Shown one piece after another: positions 50,374 to 59,500 of a stretch of 59,500 bases of DNA (positions within the stretch are counted from its first letter, which is position 1; the number at the start of each line of letters is the position of its first letter). Source of the stretch: Minisyncoccia bacterium. GTDB lineage: Bacteria; Patescibacteriota; Minisyncoccia; Phycocordibacterales; Phycocordibacteraceae. Where the stretch lies: positions 1 through 59,500 of the forward strand of contig JBAQEU010000035.1 in NCBI GenBank assembly GCA_049286905.1, in the 5' to 3' direction. Position numbers and translations under genes: made by a program. Under the pieces are notes generated by a model. It ran no database searches. It was not told where the DNA came from and worked only from the letters and a program-made list of their open reading frames with translations.

Positions 50374-53300
50374 TTATTTCGTCCCCAGGAACCTAAACGT
50401 ATCCTCGAAGTTCTTCACGATGATGTCGAGAACAGACTGGGTCTGGTTCGGGGTGATGATGCTCGTGGGGCCGAAGACTTTGGTGTTGCCGCTCTGATCC
50501 TTGGAGACCACTTTGATGCGATAGACCGTGCCGGACTTGAGGTTCGGAAGGATTACGATGTGCGCGGTGGTATAGGTATCGAGCGAGACAACCTTGTTTG
50601 CGAGCTCTTTGGTCGATGATGCTACCCCGCCGCCTTCTTCGTAGAAGACTGAGGAGTTGGCAAGTTCATCGGTCTGCCAGCCGACCACGGTCTGGATGAA
50701 GCCGGCGCCGCCCGGCACGAGAGCATTATCGACTTTGAAGTTGCTGATGACCGGCGCCGTGATGTCGATGCTTGTGGTGACGCGGAGTGCCGCGGCGGAT
50801 TCGATTCGATTGCCGTTTTTGTTCACGCCATAGACAGTGACCGTATAGGTCGTGCCTGACGGGAGACTCTTGATCTCCACGTTGTGGTAGGTGTTTGCGG
50901 TGTTATCGGTGACCAGGTTATTCGCTCCGGTCTTGAGGTTTCTATATTCGACGACGGAAGTGGTCGGTTCCTCAGTCTGCCAGACGACAGTGAAGCCGTC
51001 GTTCTTCACGCCGACGATATTCGCGGTAATCGGTGCGGCCTTGGTCGAGAAGAGGATGTCTGAGGTCTTGCCCACGACCTGCGGGAAGACGTACGAGCGG
51101 CCCTGGATATGGTACGTGGTGTTCTGAACGAGGTTCGTGAGAGTAATGGTGTGTGTGGTACCCATGTCCGAACCTCCCGAGACTTCGGTTTCGTAGTCGT
51201 TCTTATTTTCTGCATACTCAGCGTCGGTCGCGTAGCGGAGCGAGCCGAAGGTCTTGATGTTGGTCTTCCAGGTGACGACCGCAGAGTTCTCAGTGGTGGA
51301 GCTCACGATCGGGGTCGTCATGAATGGCGGAGCAAGAGACGGGAGTGCTGATTCGATGAGTTGTTCGAGACGGCCCTGCACATCGCTTGCCTTCTCGAGG
51401 AGGGTGCGGTCATCGAGCATCTCAGAGACGAAGATTGTCTTGAAGGTCTGGTCGTTTGAAGAGGCTGTGTTGCCGTATTTATCGAAGACAACCACGCGGT
51501 AGTGATATGTCGTGCCCTCAAGAAGGTTGTTCAGTTTAATCGCTTTCGCGCTTGAGAACGTCGCGTCTCCTTCGGTCGAGCCATAACTCGTAGAAAGGCC
51601 GTACTGTACGAATGCATTCGTGTCTTTACTTGCGACCAAATTCACCTCAGCCCCAAACGCCCCTATGTTCGCAATGGATACCGAAGTGATGGTTGGGGGT
51701 GTAGTGGAGTCGGCTGAAGCAGTGCCGGTGCCGGTGCCGGTGAGTCCGGTGCCGTAGGAGACAGTAGGCGTACCACCGCTCACGATAGTAACCGCACCGG
51801 TCGCAGTACTTGTGAAGGTCTGCTCGGTCGAGGTACCGATGTTCCCTGCGGTATCGGCAGACTGCACCTTGAAGTAGTACGGGGTCTCCGCGGTAAGCGT
51901 CTGTGCGGAGCTGTTGGTGTCGTTCGTGGCGCTTGAGAGTGTGACGACGTGATAGATACTCGCTACCGAATCGAGGACGGTCGTTCGTGTGAGCGAACCT
52001 GAGGCAGTACCCCAAGTGACTTGGGAAGTCGAAGGATCGTCGGTCTGCCAGACGATGACGGCCGAAGTCGGCGAGATGACCGGTGTACTGATATTGCTTA
52101 CGACCGGCGCAGTCACGTCGAGCGTGGTGGTGAAGTTGTAGTTGGTGCTGTTGTTGTTGTCTGTGGTGGTGTTGCTCGAACCATCGGTAGATTGCACGTA
52201 ATAGTAGTAGGTGGTATTCGCCGTGAGTGACGGAAGACTCACGGTGTGGTGGCAGGTGTTGCCCACGCAGGAGACAAGTGTTGAACTGCCCTTGATGGCG
52301 GCGGCGCTCACGTCCTGATTGGTCGAATAGAAGACGTAGGAATCAGACGAAGTTGCGGTGTCCCATTCGATGTCTACCGAACTGCCGGTCAAGTTCGCTT
52401 CGGTCACGTTGGTGATGATTGGCCCACCCGCAGTGGTGAAGTCTGCACCGGAGGTGTAGTCCGCAACGTTTCCTGAAGCGTCTTCTGCTTTCACTTGGAG
52501 GTTATAGATGGTGTTCGGGGTCAGTCCCTGTATCGAGATGCTGTGTGCAAGCACGTAGGAGAGGCTTGCGACGGTCGTCCACCCTTCGTTTCCGTTTATC
52601 TTGTATTGCACGGTGCCTTTCGCGAGCTCGTCGGTTGTGAAGGTGATTACCGCGGAGGTGTTCCGGAGCGTCGCGCTCGGGACGACGATGCCTCCGATCA
52701 CCGGAGCGGTCGTGTCGCTGATGCCCTGCCCGTTCGGCGTGTCTGAGAGCGCGGCGGTGTATGTCGAGGTGTTCCCTTGGGTCGTCGTGACGATGGCTTT
52801 GTAGTACTGGACGCTGGTCGTGGCTTCTGTCACTTCGTGGCGGTAGTAGTTCAGCGCCGAGTCCGTGATGGTGGTGAGCAAACTGTACGAGGAGCCGTCG
52901 GTCGAGTGATAGATCTTGTATGAGGAGAAGGTCGATGAGGTTGTTGCTGTAAATACTGTCCAGCTGAGGAACTCGCGGTAGGCACCAGCAGAAGTATTCG
53001 AGACATCCTTCAGATCGAAGTTGGGGAGAGTCGCCGGAGCGACGAGAGTCTGTGCGGTCGAGTTATTGCGAGCGTCGAGCACTTGGAGGTAGACCGGTTC
53101 ATCGTTCGAGGCGTCTTGGCGGAGCGTGAGTACGGCGGTAGTGCTTGCGAGGTTGCCGCCGAACGCCGTCCAGTCACAAGAGTTCCCTTGCGCATCGGTC
53201 GTTGGGAAAGCGGCGTCGGTGCAAGTGCGGTACTTGAGTTGTGAATCGTCGGTCGCGGTGAGGGTGAACGTGCCAGTAGCGTCGCCGGTGGAAGAGTTGA

Positions 53301-56300
53301 TTGTGGCGAACACCGCCGGCGACTTCGCGTCGAGTGCGAATGCGTCCGAGATGGCAGAAGCGGTGTTGTTCGCCGGTTCGCCATCGTCGATGGTCACGCG
53401 GACTTGAGCGCTCGCGCTATAGGTACCGGAAATGGTCGTGGTAGCGAACCAGGTCGCGGTGTAGGTGGCATAGAGGCTGTCGTCTGCGGCCTTGAGAGCG
53501 GTGTCGTTCGTCGCGAGATTGTTTGAGGGAATGGCGAGCCACCCGCCACCCACGTTGTATTCGAACGAAGGGGTTACCTGGTTGGGGGTGACTGACCCAG
53601 TGGAACCATCGGTGTCTCGTATTTTATAGGAGATTACGACGGCTCCGGGATTCGTGCTGGTGGCGGTGTTCTGCGCGACCGAGACGCCGTTCGTACCGTA
53701 GGTAGCATCGAATTCCGGTGGTGCGTTCACCACGTACTCGACGGTTGCTGAAGAAAGTGTGGGGGTCGTACCGCCTCCGGAGGCGAAGAATACTTTGTAT
53801 TGGAAGTACTGATCGTCACCACCATTCTTGAGCGGGTGATCTGAAGCAAGCGCCGTGCCGCCGGTACTATCAGTGAAGTACGAGGTGCCGTCGCAGGTGG
53901 TGCTCGTGCCGCACCAGGTAGCAGAATCGATGCCACCGCTCGTTGCCGCAGAGCGAATCTGGAACTTCACCGTTTCGGTCTCCGAAGTGCCACTTGCCGA
54001 CCAGCGCATGTTGGTCACGAGGTTGCCACTGCTCTCTGAGTTGAAGATAGAGGAAGTGAGTGTACCGCTTCCGTACTGCGAGTATCCGATATCGACGGAG
54101 TCGAGTGTTGGGGTGACAGTGGTGTTGCTTGTAGAGAGGGTCGCTTGGTACTGGATATATTGATGGCCGTTCGTGACACACCCTCCCGTGGAGAGGTCAG
54201 CACCGCTGGTGATACTGGTACAGCTAGCCCAGTCTGTTGCGCCGGAGAAGTCTGAGGTGGCAGATGAACGAGCCTTCAGAGTGATGGTCTGGCTGTTGAG
54301 AGTAGCGGACCAAGAGAGGGTTCCCCACGTTACGCCACTTCCGAGGTTGATTGCGGCGGAGGTGAAGGTGCCGGAGGAAGAGTAGACCGTTGTGGTAAGA
54401 GGAATTTTAGTGACGTTGTCTGAACCCTGGTTGACTGCCCAAATAGAGTTGGTAGAGGAATCGAAAGTCACACCAGTGGGACTTGTCCCTGCAGTATAGC
54501 TACCAATACTGGCTCCAGTAGAGGAATTAATCTTGAAGATACTGCCCCCAAAATTAGCAACCCAGATGGAGTTGGTGGAGGAGTCGAAGGTGACGTGTCT
54601 AGGAGTACTTCCTCCAACACTTGCATACGTGCCGATGAGAGCGCCAGTTGACGCGTTGAGTTTGGTCATGCTTGAAGACACGTAATTCGCAACCCAGATG
54701 GAGTTGGTGGAGGAGTCAAAAGCAACGGAAGATGGACTACTTCCTACCGCATACGTGCCGACAAGAGCGCCAGTTGACGCGTTGAGTTTGGTGACATTAC
54801 TCGAACCGTAATTTGACACCCAGATAGAGTTAGTCAAAGTATCGAGTATGATTCCCCAGGGACTGGTACCTACAGTATACGTGCCGATGAGAGCGCCAGT
54901 TGACGCGTTGAGTTTGGTGACGTTGTCCGAATTGCGATTCGCAACCCAGATGGAGTTGGTGGAGGAGTCAAAAGTTATACCTTTAGGAGCTGTGCCTACG
55001 GCGTAAGTACCAACAAGTGCTCCCGTTGATGCGTTGAGTTTGGTGACGTTATTCGATGTGTAGTTTGCGACCCAAATGGAATTAGTAGAGGAATCAAAGG
55101 CAACTGCCTCAGGATTAGTTCCTACCGCATACGTGCCGACAGGAGCGCCAGTTGACGCGTTGAGTTTGGTGACGTTATTCGATGTGTAACTTGCGACCCA
55201 AATGGAATTAGTAGAGGAGTCAAAGGCGGCAATTGAAGGAAGATCTCCTACAGAATAGGTTGCTCCGCCAGATCCGGTAGCGGCAGAGAGTTTGGTGACA
55301 CTGGTTGCATTGAGATTTGATACCCAAATGGAGCTGTTAAACGAATCGAAAGCAATGCCAAAAGGAATTGCTCCCGTGGTGTAAGTGCCGATTGTAGCTC
55401 CTGTTGAGGCGTTTAATTTTATGACAGTATTGTCAGTGTATTTAGTCACCCATACAGAGTTAGTTGAGGAATCAAATACAACGCCACGGGCACTACTGCC
55501 TACTGCATATGTTCCAGCAGTGGCCCCTGTGGCAGCTGTAAGTTTAGTAACGTCGTTTGATGTCTGATTTGATACCCATACAGAGTTGGTTGAGGAGTCG
55601 AAAGTAATCCCAGAAGGACCTGTGCCAGCGGTATATGTACCAATAAGCGCTCCAGTGGAGACGTTCAGTTTTGTGACGTTATTAGAACCATTGTTTGCAA
55701 CCCATATGGTGTTAGTAGAAGAGTCGAAAATGGCATCATATGGGGCAGTGCCGACGGAATAGGTACCGACCAGAGCTCCGGTAGAGGCATTGAGTTTGGT
55801 AACGTTGTTTGAGCCGCTATTTACAATCCAGACAGAGTTGGTTACAGATTCAAAGGCGATACCTCTTGGACTCGTTCCTACGGAGTAGGTACCAACTGTG
55901 GCACCGGTGGAAGCGTTCAGTTTCGTGACGTTGTTGGAAGTAGTATTTGATACCCAGACAGAGTTGGTGGAGGAGTCGAAGTCAATATTGCGCGGACCCG
56001 TACCAACAGTATATGTGCCTATAAGAGCTCCGGTAGAGGCATTCAGTTTGGTAACGTTGTTGGAGCCTTGATTTGCGACCCAGATGGAGTTGGTGGAGGA
56101 GTCGTAAATAACTTCATAAGGACTATCTCCTACGGTGTAATCTGCTCGCGTATCTTTTGCGGACGCTCCTCCTGAGAGACCCACACTCGCCCCTGTTCCA
56201 CTTCCCGATACGGCAGTCGAAGAATTCGTCCCGCTGTCGAAGTCGCCGCCGTAGGTGGCGACAGAAGGCGACGTACTCGTCGCACCATCATCAGTGAAGG

Positions 56301-56592
56301 TGTAAGAGGTTGGCGCAATCGTGACCGTACTCCCTACCGTAAGCCCGGTGCTTGTGTTGTATTTCGTCCAGTTCGACCGGTTCGAGGTGTGTGTCGGCAC
56401 CGAGACGGCATCTTCTCCGTCCACCCAGGTTGATTGTACGAAGTTGTACGTCGCCGCGTAGACTGATGCGTTGTACATAAGGACGCCGGCAACGACGAAG
56501 AACACCGCGAAGACCGCAAACGCAAAATGGTGCGGATGGTCTTTATGATGAGACCAAGCGAGAGTTGCGGCGCGGGCGATGGAATCTTTCAT
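50374..56592 (-). CDS. giant membrane-anchored surface protein: 14 YVTN-type beta-propeller repeats followed by many Fn3/Ig-like modules
   Basis: 2,072 aa from ATG 56592 (MKDSIARA; the track start is 56649). One N-terminal TM (FAFAVFAVFFVVAGVLMY). Fourteen ~42-aa repeats of the form DSSTNSIWVAN..SNNVTKLNASTGALVGTY.VGT.P.GI.F. Then about 1,300 aa of Thr/Ser-rich beta modules with recurring D.T.P......V......A.I.W.T.E...S.V.Y blocks. Confidence 0.85.
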   Translation of the reverse strand: MKDSIARAATLAWSHHKDHPHHFAFAVFAVFFVVAGVLMYNASVYAATYNFVQSTWVDGEDAVSVPTHTSNRSNWTKYNTSTGLTVGSTVTIAPTSYTFTDDGATSTSPSVATYGGDFDSGTNSSTAVSGSGTGASVGLSGGASAKDTRADYTVGDSPYEVIYDSSTNSIWVANQGSNNVTKLNASTGALIGTYTVGTGPRNIDFDSSTNSVWVSNTTSNNVTKLNASTGATVGTYSVGTSPRGIAFESVTNSVWIVNSGSNNVTKLNASTGALVGTYSVGTAPYDAIFDSSTNTIWVANNGSNNVTKLNVSTGALIGTYTAGTGPSGITFDSSTNSVWVSNQTSNDVTKLTAATGATAGTYAVGSSARGVVFDSSTNSVWVTKYTDNTVIKLNASTGATIGTYTTGAIPFGIAFDSFNSSIWVSNLNATSVTKLSAATGSGGATYSVGDLPSIAAFDSSTNSIWVASYTSNNVTKLNASTGAPVGTYAVGTNPEAVAFDSSTNSIWVANYTSNNVTKLNASTGALVGTYAVGTAPKGITFDSSTNSIWVANRNSDNVTKLNASTGALIGTYTVGTSPWGIILDTLTNSIWVSNYGSSNVTKLNASTGALVGTYAVGSSPSSVAFDSSTNSIWVANYVSSSMTKLNASTGALIGTYASVGGSTPRHVTFDSSTNSIWVANFGGSIFKINSSTGASIGSYTAGTSPTGVTFDSSTNSIWAVNQGSDNVTKIPLTTTVYSSSGTFTSAAINLGSGVTWGTLSWSATLNSQTITLKARSSATSDFSGATDWASCTSITSGADLSTGGCVTNGHQYIQYQATLSTSNTTVTPTLDSVDIGYSQYGSGTLTSSIFNSESSGNLVTNMRWSASGTSETETVKFQIRSAATSGGIDSATWCGTSTTCDGTSYFTDSTGGTALASDHPLKNGGDDQYFQYKVFFASGGGTTPTLSSATVEYVVNAPPEFDATYGTNGVSVAQNTATSTNPGAVVISYKIRDTDGSTGSVTPNQVTPSFEYNVGGGWLAIPSNNLATNDTALKAADDSLYATYTATWFATTTISGTYSASAQVRVTIDDGEPANNTASAISDAFALDAKSPAVFATINSSTGDATGTFTLTATDDSQLKYRTCTDAAFPTTDAQGNSCDWTAFGGNLASTTAVLTLRQDASNDEPVYLQVLDARNNSTAQTLVAPATLPNFDLKDVSNTSAGAYREFLSWTVFTATTSSTFSSYKIYHSTDGSSYSLLTTITDSALNYYRHEVTEATTSVQYYKAIVTTTQGNTSTYTAALSDTPNGQGISDTTAPVIGGIVVPSATLRNTSAVITFTTDELAKGTVQYKINGNEGWTTVASLSYVLAHSISIQGLTPNTIYNLQVKAEDASGNVADYTSGADFTTAGGPIITNVTEANLTGSSVDIEWDTATSSDSYVFYSTNQDVSAAAIKGSSTLVSCVGNTCHHTVSLPSLTANTTYYYYVQSTDGSSNTTTDNNNSTNYNFTTTLDVTAPVVSNISTPVISPTSAVIVWQTDDPSTSQVTWGTASGSLTRTTVLDSVASIYHVVTLSSATNDTNSSAQTLTAETPYYFKVQSADTAGNIGTSTEQTFTSTATGAVTIVSGGTPTVSYGTGLTGTGTGTASADSTTPPTITSVSIANIGAFGAEVNLVASKDTNAFVQYGLSTSYGSTEGDATFSSAKAIKLNNLLEGTTYHYRVVVFDKYGNTASSNDQTFKTIFVSEMLDDRTLLEKASDVQGRLEQLIESALPSLAPPFMTTPIVSSTTENSAVVTWKTNIKTFGSLRYATDAEYAENKNDYETEVSGGSDMGTTHTITLTNLVQNTTYHIQGRSYVFPQVVGKTSDILFSTKAAPITANIVGVKNDGFTVVWQTEEPTTSVVEYRNLKTGANNLVTDNTANTYHNVEIKSLPSGTTYTVTVYGVNKNGNRIESAAALRVTTSIDITAPVISNFKVDNALVPGGAGFIQTVVGWQTDELANSSVFYEEGGGVASSTKELANKVVSLDTYTTAHIVILPNLKSGTVYRIKVVSKDQSGNTKVFGPTSIITPNQTQSVLDIIVKNFEDTFRFLGTK
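54355..56127 (-). repeat. in-frame tandem ~126-bp coding repeats (the YVTN blades)
   Basis: For example, agagcgccagttgacgcgttgagtttggtga occurs at 54764 and at 54890. Its first 29 nt also occur at 54638, giving a 126-nt period. Confidence 0.85.
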
Positions 56593-56732
56593 GTGGAGTG
56601 GTAAGTGGTAAGAAAATACTTTGAGTACATAGTAAGTATACATGGACATACTTCCGTTGTTTCAATGCCTTGGGGAAAACCCGGTAGGTTATCACCCCGA
56701 GGAAGGTCTGCATGTGGTAAAGTTCTTTATAT

Positions 56733-58073
56733 ATGTCAGCACCTATTATCGAGGTGGAGCACCTTAATTTCTACTACGACTACAAACTGCCGACCGAGAT
56801 GTACGCGCTCAAGGACATCAATCTGCAAGTGAACCAGGGCGACTACGTTGTCTTCTTCGGACCATCAGGATGCGGCAAGACCACTCTCATCTATCTCATC
56901 GGAGGCATCACCACCGAGAAAAGCGGCACCGGCAAGATTATGGTGAATAACAGCGACGTGCTGAAACTCTCGCGCGAAGAGCTTGCAGTGTTCCGCCAGT
57001 CCGGCATCGGCATCATCTTCCAAAACTTCAACCTCATCCCCTCGCTCACCGTGCTCGATAACGTCGCGCTCCCGATGACCTTCATCGGTGTCCCGCAAGA
57101 GAAGCGTCGCGAGGATGCGCGCAAGATCCTCATGCGCCTCAACATGGAAACCTACGCACACCGCTACCCCTCGGAGCTCTCCGGTGGACAGCAACAGCGC
57201 GTCGGTATCGCGCGCGCACTCGCAAACAATCCGCCCATCGTTATTGCCGACGAGCCACTTGGAAACCTCGACTCCGAAAATGCCGAACATGTGCTCAAGT
57301 TCCTCCAAGAGCTTGTGGAGAAAGACGGTCGCACTGTGATTATGGTCACCCACGAAGCGTGGAGCGTGCGCGATGCGCACCGAATTATTTATATGAAAGA
57401 CGGCACGGTGGTGAAGACGAGCGAAGCAGAGCGGCCGGAGGAGAAGAACGGTGAGGCGCTCCCACTCTCACCGAACATGTTCCGTGAACTCTATCCCGAT
57501 CTCTCGCCGGAAGAAGTCATGATCAAGTCGCTCGCAAACCTGCTCCTGCGCGGATTCTCTGCCGATGAAATCAAACGCTTCGAATTCTTCCTTGACGAAC
57601 GTCTCGCAGGCAAAATAGACGCCGCGACATTTGAGAAATATCTTGATCTCCCCTACCGCGAGGAAGGCGTCGGCCTCTGGAAGCAACGCGCGATGAAGAT
57701 CGCGGGGCTCACGGAAGACATCATCGCTCAGAAAAAGAAGCTGACCGAAGTCTATGCCGAATTAGAGAAGCACCCGGAGATGCCGCTCACAGCAGAAGTG
57801 TCCGCACTCCGCGCATGGATTACGAAGGAATACAAAGGCCATATAGACGACATCCAGAGAATTCGTCTCAACGATGCTATTGCAAAACGCTTACGCGGGA
57901 GCACGACTCCCGAAGGATTCCGTGGTGAGCTCAATCATGCGCGCTCGGAGGGCGGTATCGGTTTCTCTATCCGCACGACTCAGCGCCTCTCAGACCGCCT
58001 TGAGGCGGTGCTCGTACTCGGTCACATCGAGGGTAACATCAAGGATGCCATAACCACTGCCGCACATGGATAG
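56733..58073 (+). CDS. ABC transporter ATP-binding protein (MacB/LolD/FtsE type) with a ~215-aa C-terminal extension
   Basis: Walker A GPSGCGKTT, Q-loop, signature LSGGQQQRVGIARAL, Walker B IVIADEPLGNLD and H-loop VTHE lie within aa 1-230. Residues ~231-446 form a helical region of unknown family. Confidence 0.88.
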   Translation: MSAPIIEVEHLNFYYDYKLPTEMYALKDINLQVNQGDYVVFFGPSGCGKTTLIYLIGGITTEKSGTGKIMVNNSDVLKLSREELAVFRQSGIGIIFQNFNLIPSLTVLDNVALPMTFIGVPQEKRREDARKILMRLNMETYAHRYPSELSGGQQQRVGIARALANNPPIVIADEPLGNLDSENAEHVLKFLQELVEKDGRTVIMVTHEAWSVRDAHRIIYMKDGTVVKTSEAERPEEKNGEALPLSPNMFRELYPDLSPEEVMIKSLANLLLRGFSADEIKRFEFFLDERLAGKIDAATFEKYLDLPYREEGVGLWKQRAMKIAGLTEDIIAQKKKLTEVYAELEKHPEMPLTAEVSALRAWITKEYKGHIDDIQRIRLNDAIAKRLRGSTTPEGFRGELNHARSEGGIGFSIRTTQRLSDRLEAVLVLGHIEGNIKDAITTAAHG

Positions 58074-59307
58074 TTTCTTGAACATATTCAAGTCCCGCCC
58101 GAAAAAGAACTCGATACAGTTCATCGACCTTATTCGTCTTTCGCTCCGCATCTTCAAAACGAAGCCCACGCGCACCTTCCTCACTATTCTCGGCATGTCG
58201 GTTGGCATCAGTGCTGTCGTGTTCCTAGTGTCGCTCGGCTACGGCTTGCAGTACATCCTCCTCGGTAAGCTCATCACCTCGCAGGATTCGCTCATCACGC
58301 TGTCGGCATCCTATCCGGTCGAGAGCGGACTGAACCTGAGCACCGCGGCTATCGACGAAATAAAGAAACTCCCAGATGTCGTCGAGACGAGCGCGGTGGC
58401 TGAGTTCGCTGGTGTGCTCACCGTCGGAGAATCTACCGGCCTTGTGCCGGTGGTCCGTGTCGCCGACCCGAATGTCTTCCGTCTCTCAGGTACCGACCCC
58501 GACATCGGCGTGCCGCTCCGCCCGGGCCACGACGACATCGTTCTTTCTGCACAGGCGCTCCAGCTCATGGGTGAAACGGTCGATGCAACAACGCTCGGCA
58601 AGGAGGTGCACGTGGACATTTATCTGCCGAACTCGGACGGCACCGTGCGAGATGTTTCCATACCGAAATCATTTACGATCTCAGGTATCGTGAGCGACAC
58701 ACAACAGCCGCCCATCGTCATCATTCCCTCGGGAGACCTGCCAATCGAAATCACCTCCTACAAAGAAGTCTTTGTGAAGGCGAAAGACGCGACGGCGCTC
58801 ACCACACTTCGCGACACTCTCACTCAGCAAGGGTTCATCATTTCAGCAAACATCGACCTCGTTCTCCAGGCCGAGAAGATTACAAACGTCATCACCATCA
58901 TTCTCGCCGTGTTCGGCATCACAGCGCTTGTGGTCTCGGCAATCGGCATGTTCAACACCATGCTCATCGGATTCATCGAGCGCACCTACGAAGTGGGCGT
59001 GATGAAATCCATCGGCGCGACCGACAGCAATGTGCGAAATCTCTTCCTCATGGAATCCGCCGTCATCGGCGTGCTCGGCGGCGGGGGTGGAATCGGCATC
59101 GGACTTGGTTTAGGAAAGCTGACTGACTTCGTGCTCAACTTCATCGCCTCTCAGCTCGGCGGAAAGTCCTTCGATCTCTTCATACTTCCCTTCTGGTTCG
59201 GCGCATTCGTATTCTGTGTGTCGGTTGTAATCGGCGTCGTCGCCGGATTCCTCCCCGCTCGCCGCGCCGCGCGTCTCTCGCCGCGCGAAGCCTTCACAAA
59301 GAAATAA
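58066..59307 (+). CDS. ABC transporter permease, MacB/FtsX family
   Basis: 413 aa with TM1, a large extracytoplasmic domain, and three C-terminal TMs with an FtsX-type core (GVMKSIGATDSNVRNLFLMES). It overlaps the ATPase gene by 8 nt. Confidence 0.88.
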   Translation: MDSFLNIFKSRPKKNSIQFIDLIRLSLRIFKTKPTRTFLTILGMSVGISAVVFLVSLGYGLQYILLGKLITSQDSLITLSASYPVESGLNLSTAAIDEIKKLPDVVETSAVAEFAGVLTVGESTGLVPVVRVADPNVFRLSGTDPDIGVPLRPGHDDIVLSAQALQLMGETVDATTLGKEVHVDIYLPNSDGTVRDVSIPKSFTISGIVSDTQQPPIVIIPSGDLPIEITSYKEVFVKAKDATALTTLRDTLTQQGFIISANIDLVLQAEKITNVITIILAVFGITALVVSAIGMFNTMLIGFIERTYEVGVMKSIGATDSNVRNLFLMESAVIGVLGGGGGIGIGLGLGKLTDFVLNFIASQLGGKSFDLFILPFWFGAFVFCVSVVIGVVAGFLPARRAARLSPREAFTKK

Positions 59308-59310
59308 TTG

Positions 59311-59383
59311 TGGACCATAGCGGAGTCGAACCGCTGACCTCGTCAATGCGAATGACGCGCTCTACCAACTGAGCTAATGGCCC
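59311..59383 (-). tRNA. tRNA-Ala (anticodon CGC), CCA not encoded
   Basis: Manual cloverleaf. Acceptor GGGCCAT/ATGGTCC with the G3-U70 Ala identity pair. D arm GCTC-AGTTGGTA-GAGC. Anticodon arm CGTCA-TTCGCAT-TGACG. T arm AGCGG-TTCGACT-CCGCT, then A73. Confidence 0.88.
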
Positions 59384-59392
59384 GTGCGAGCG

Positions 59393-59398
59393 ATTTTA
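59393..59398 (-). promoter_or_regulatory. -10 box TAAAAT, 9 nt upstream of the tRNA-Ala 5' end
   Basis: The minus strand reads GTATGATAAAATcgctcgcac followed by tRNA nt 1. The 9-nt spacing matches that at tRNA-Tyr. Confidence 0.35.
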
Positions 59399-59500
59399 TC
59401 ATACTCATTCAGTCGGGCTGCCGGGAATCTTTCCCTACGGGAACGGTATGGGCTTCGAATCTCACCTCGGCTCGCAAGGCCTCGCCTCGTTGCGATATAC

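Noticed and set aside
54355-56127. Regular ~126-bp tandem repeats that could be mistaken for a CRISPR or satellite array.
   Set aside because: The period is a multiple of 3, there are no unique spacers between short repeats, and the whole array is in frame inside the giant ORF, encoding beta-propeller blades.
59384-59500. The terminal 117 nt upstream of tRNA-Ala, as a possible 5S rRNA, RNase P RNA, or end of an rRNA operon.
   Set aside because: Short resemblances (CCCATACCG; AGTCGGGCTGCC versus the RNase P AGTCCGGGCT) are not supported by the surrounding conserved blocks. The segment is too short and truncated by the window edge to call.

Overview
This is a gene-dense 59.5-kb bacterial chromosomal segment, visibly GC-rich in its core genes and coded almost entirely on the minus strand. 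It uses the standard genetic code: TGA, TAA and TAG each end well-supported genes. Core content runs as follows. tRNA-Tyr next to tyrS; an MsbA-like ABC exporter; grpE-dnaK-(TIM-barrel gene)-dnaJ; a PurC-PurE fusion. The ribosomal/RNAP block infA-rpmJ-rpsM-rpsK-rpsD-rpoA-rplQ-rplM-rpsI; alaS; an M13 metallopeptidase; an HD-domain (p)ppGpp-hydrolase-like protein. A translationally coupled mnmA-to-ung operon holding two nuclease-fold genes; mltG; leuS; ychF. A complete F1Fo operon atpBEFHAGDC with short delta and epsilon subunits; a SWIB-domain protein; a 2,072-aa YVTN-propeller/Fn3-like surface protein; a MacB/FtsX-type ABC pair; tRNA-Ala. The gene content and style (many membrane-anchored orphan proteins, trimmed ATP synthase subunits, a short AlaRS, a PurC-PurE-only purine module) point to a reduced-genome lineage such as Patescibacteria/CPR; this is inference only. 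Two stretches are AT-richer by eye and look accessory. The first is about 11.0-14.0 kb: orphan genes in cassettes with a repeated promoter and terminator, an anomalous class II tRNA, two perfect DnaA boxes, and a sigma-r4 + DnaA-domain-IV fusion gene. The second is about 25.3-27.1 kb: a 221-aa orphan plus two tandem paralog cassettes. The most unusual observations are: (1) LeuRS carries two extra enzyme-like domains, an alpha/beta serine hydrolase and a Nudix domain, inserted on either side of the CP1 editing domain. (2) A tRNA with a Leu-type class II body has a UCC (Gly) anticodon. (3) A roughly 100-nt structured element is present twice, bracketing atpE, with compensatory base changes between the copies. 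(4) Many genes have a -10 box 6-9 nt from the start codon, suggesting widespread leaderless mRNAs. No CRISPR array, integrase, transposase or rRNA gene was recognised.
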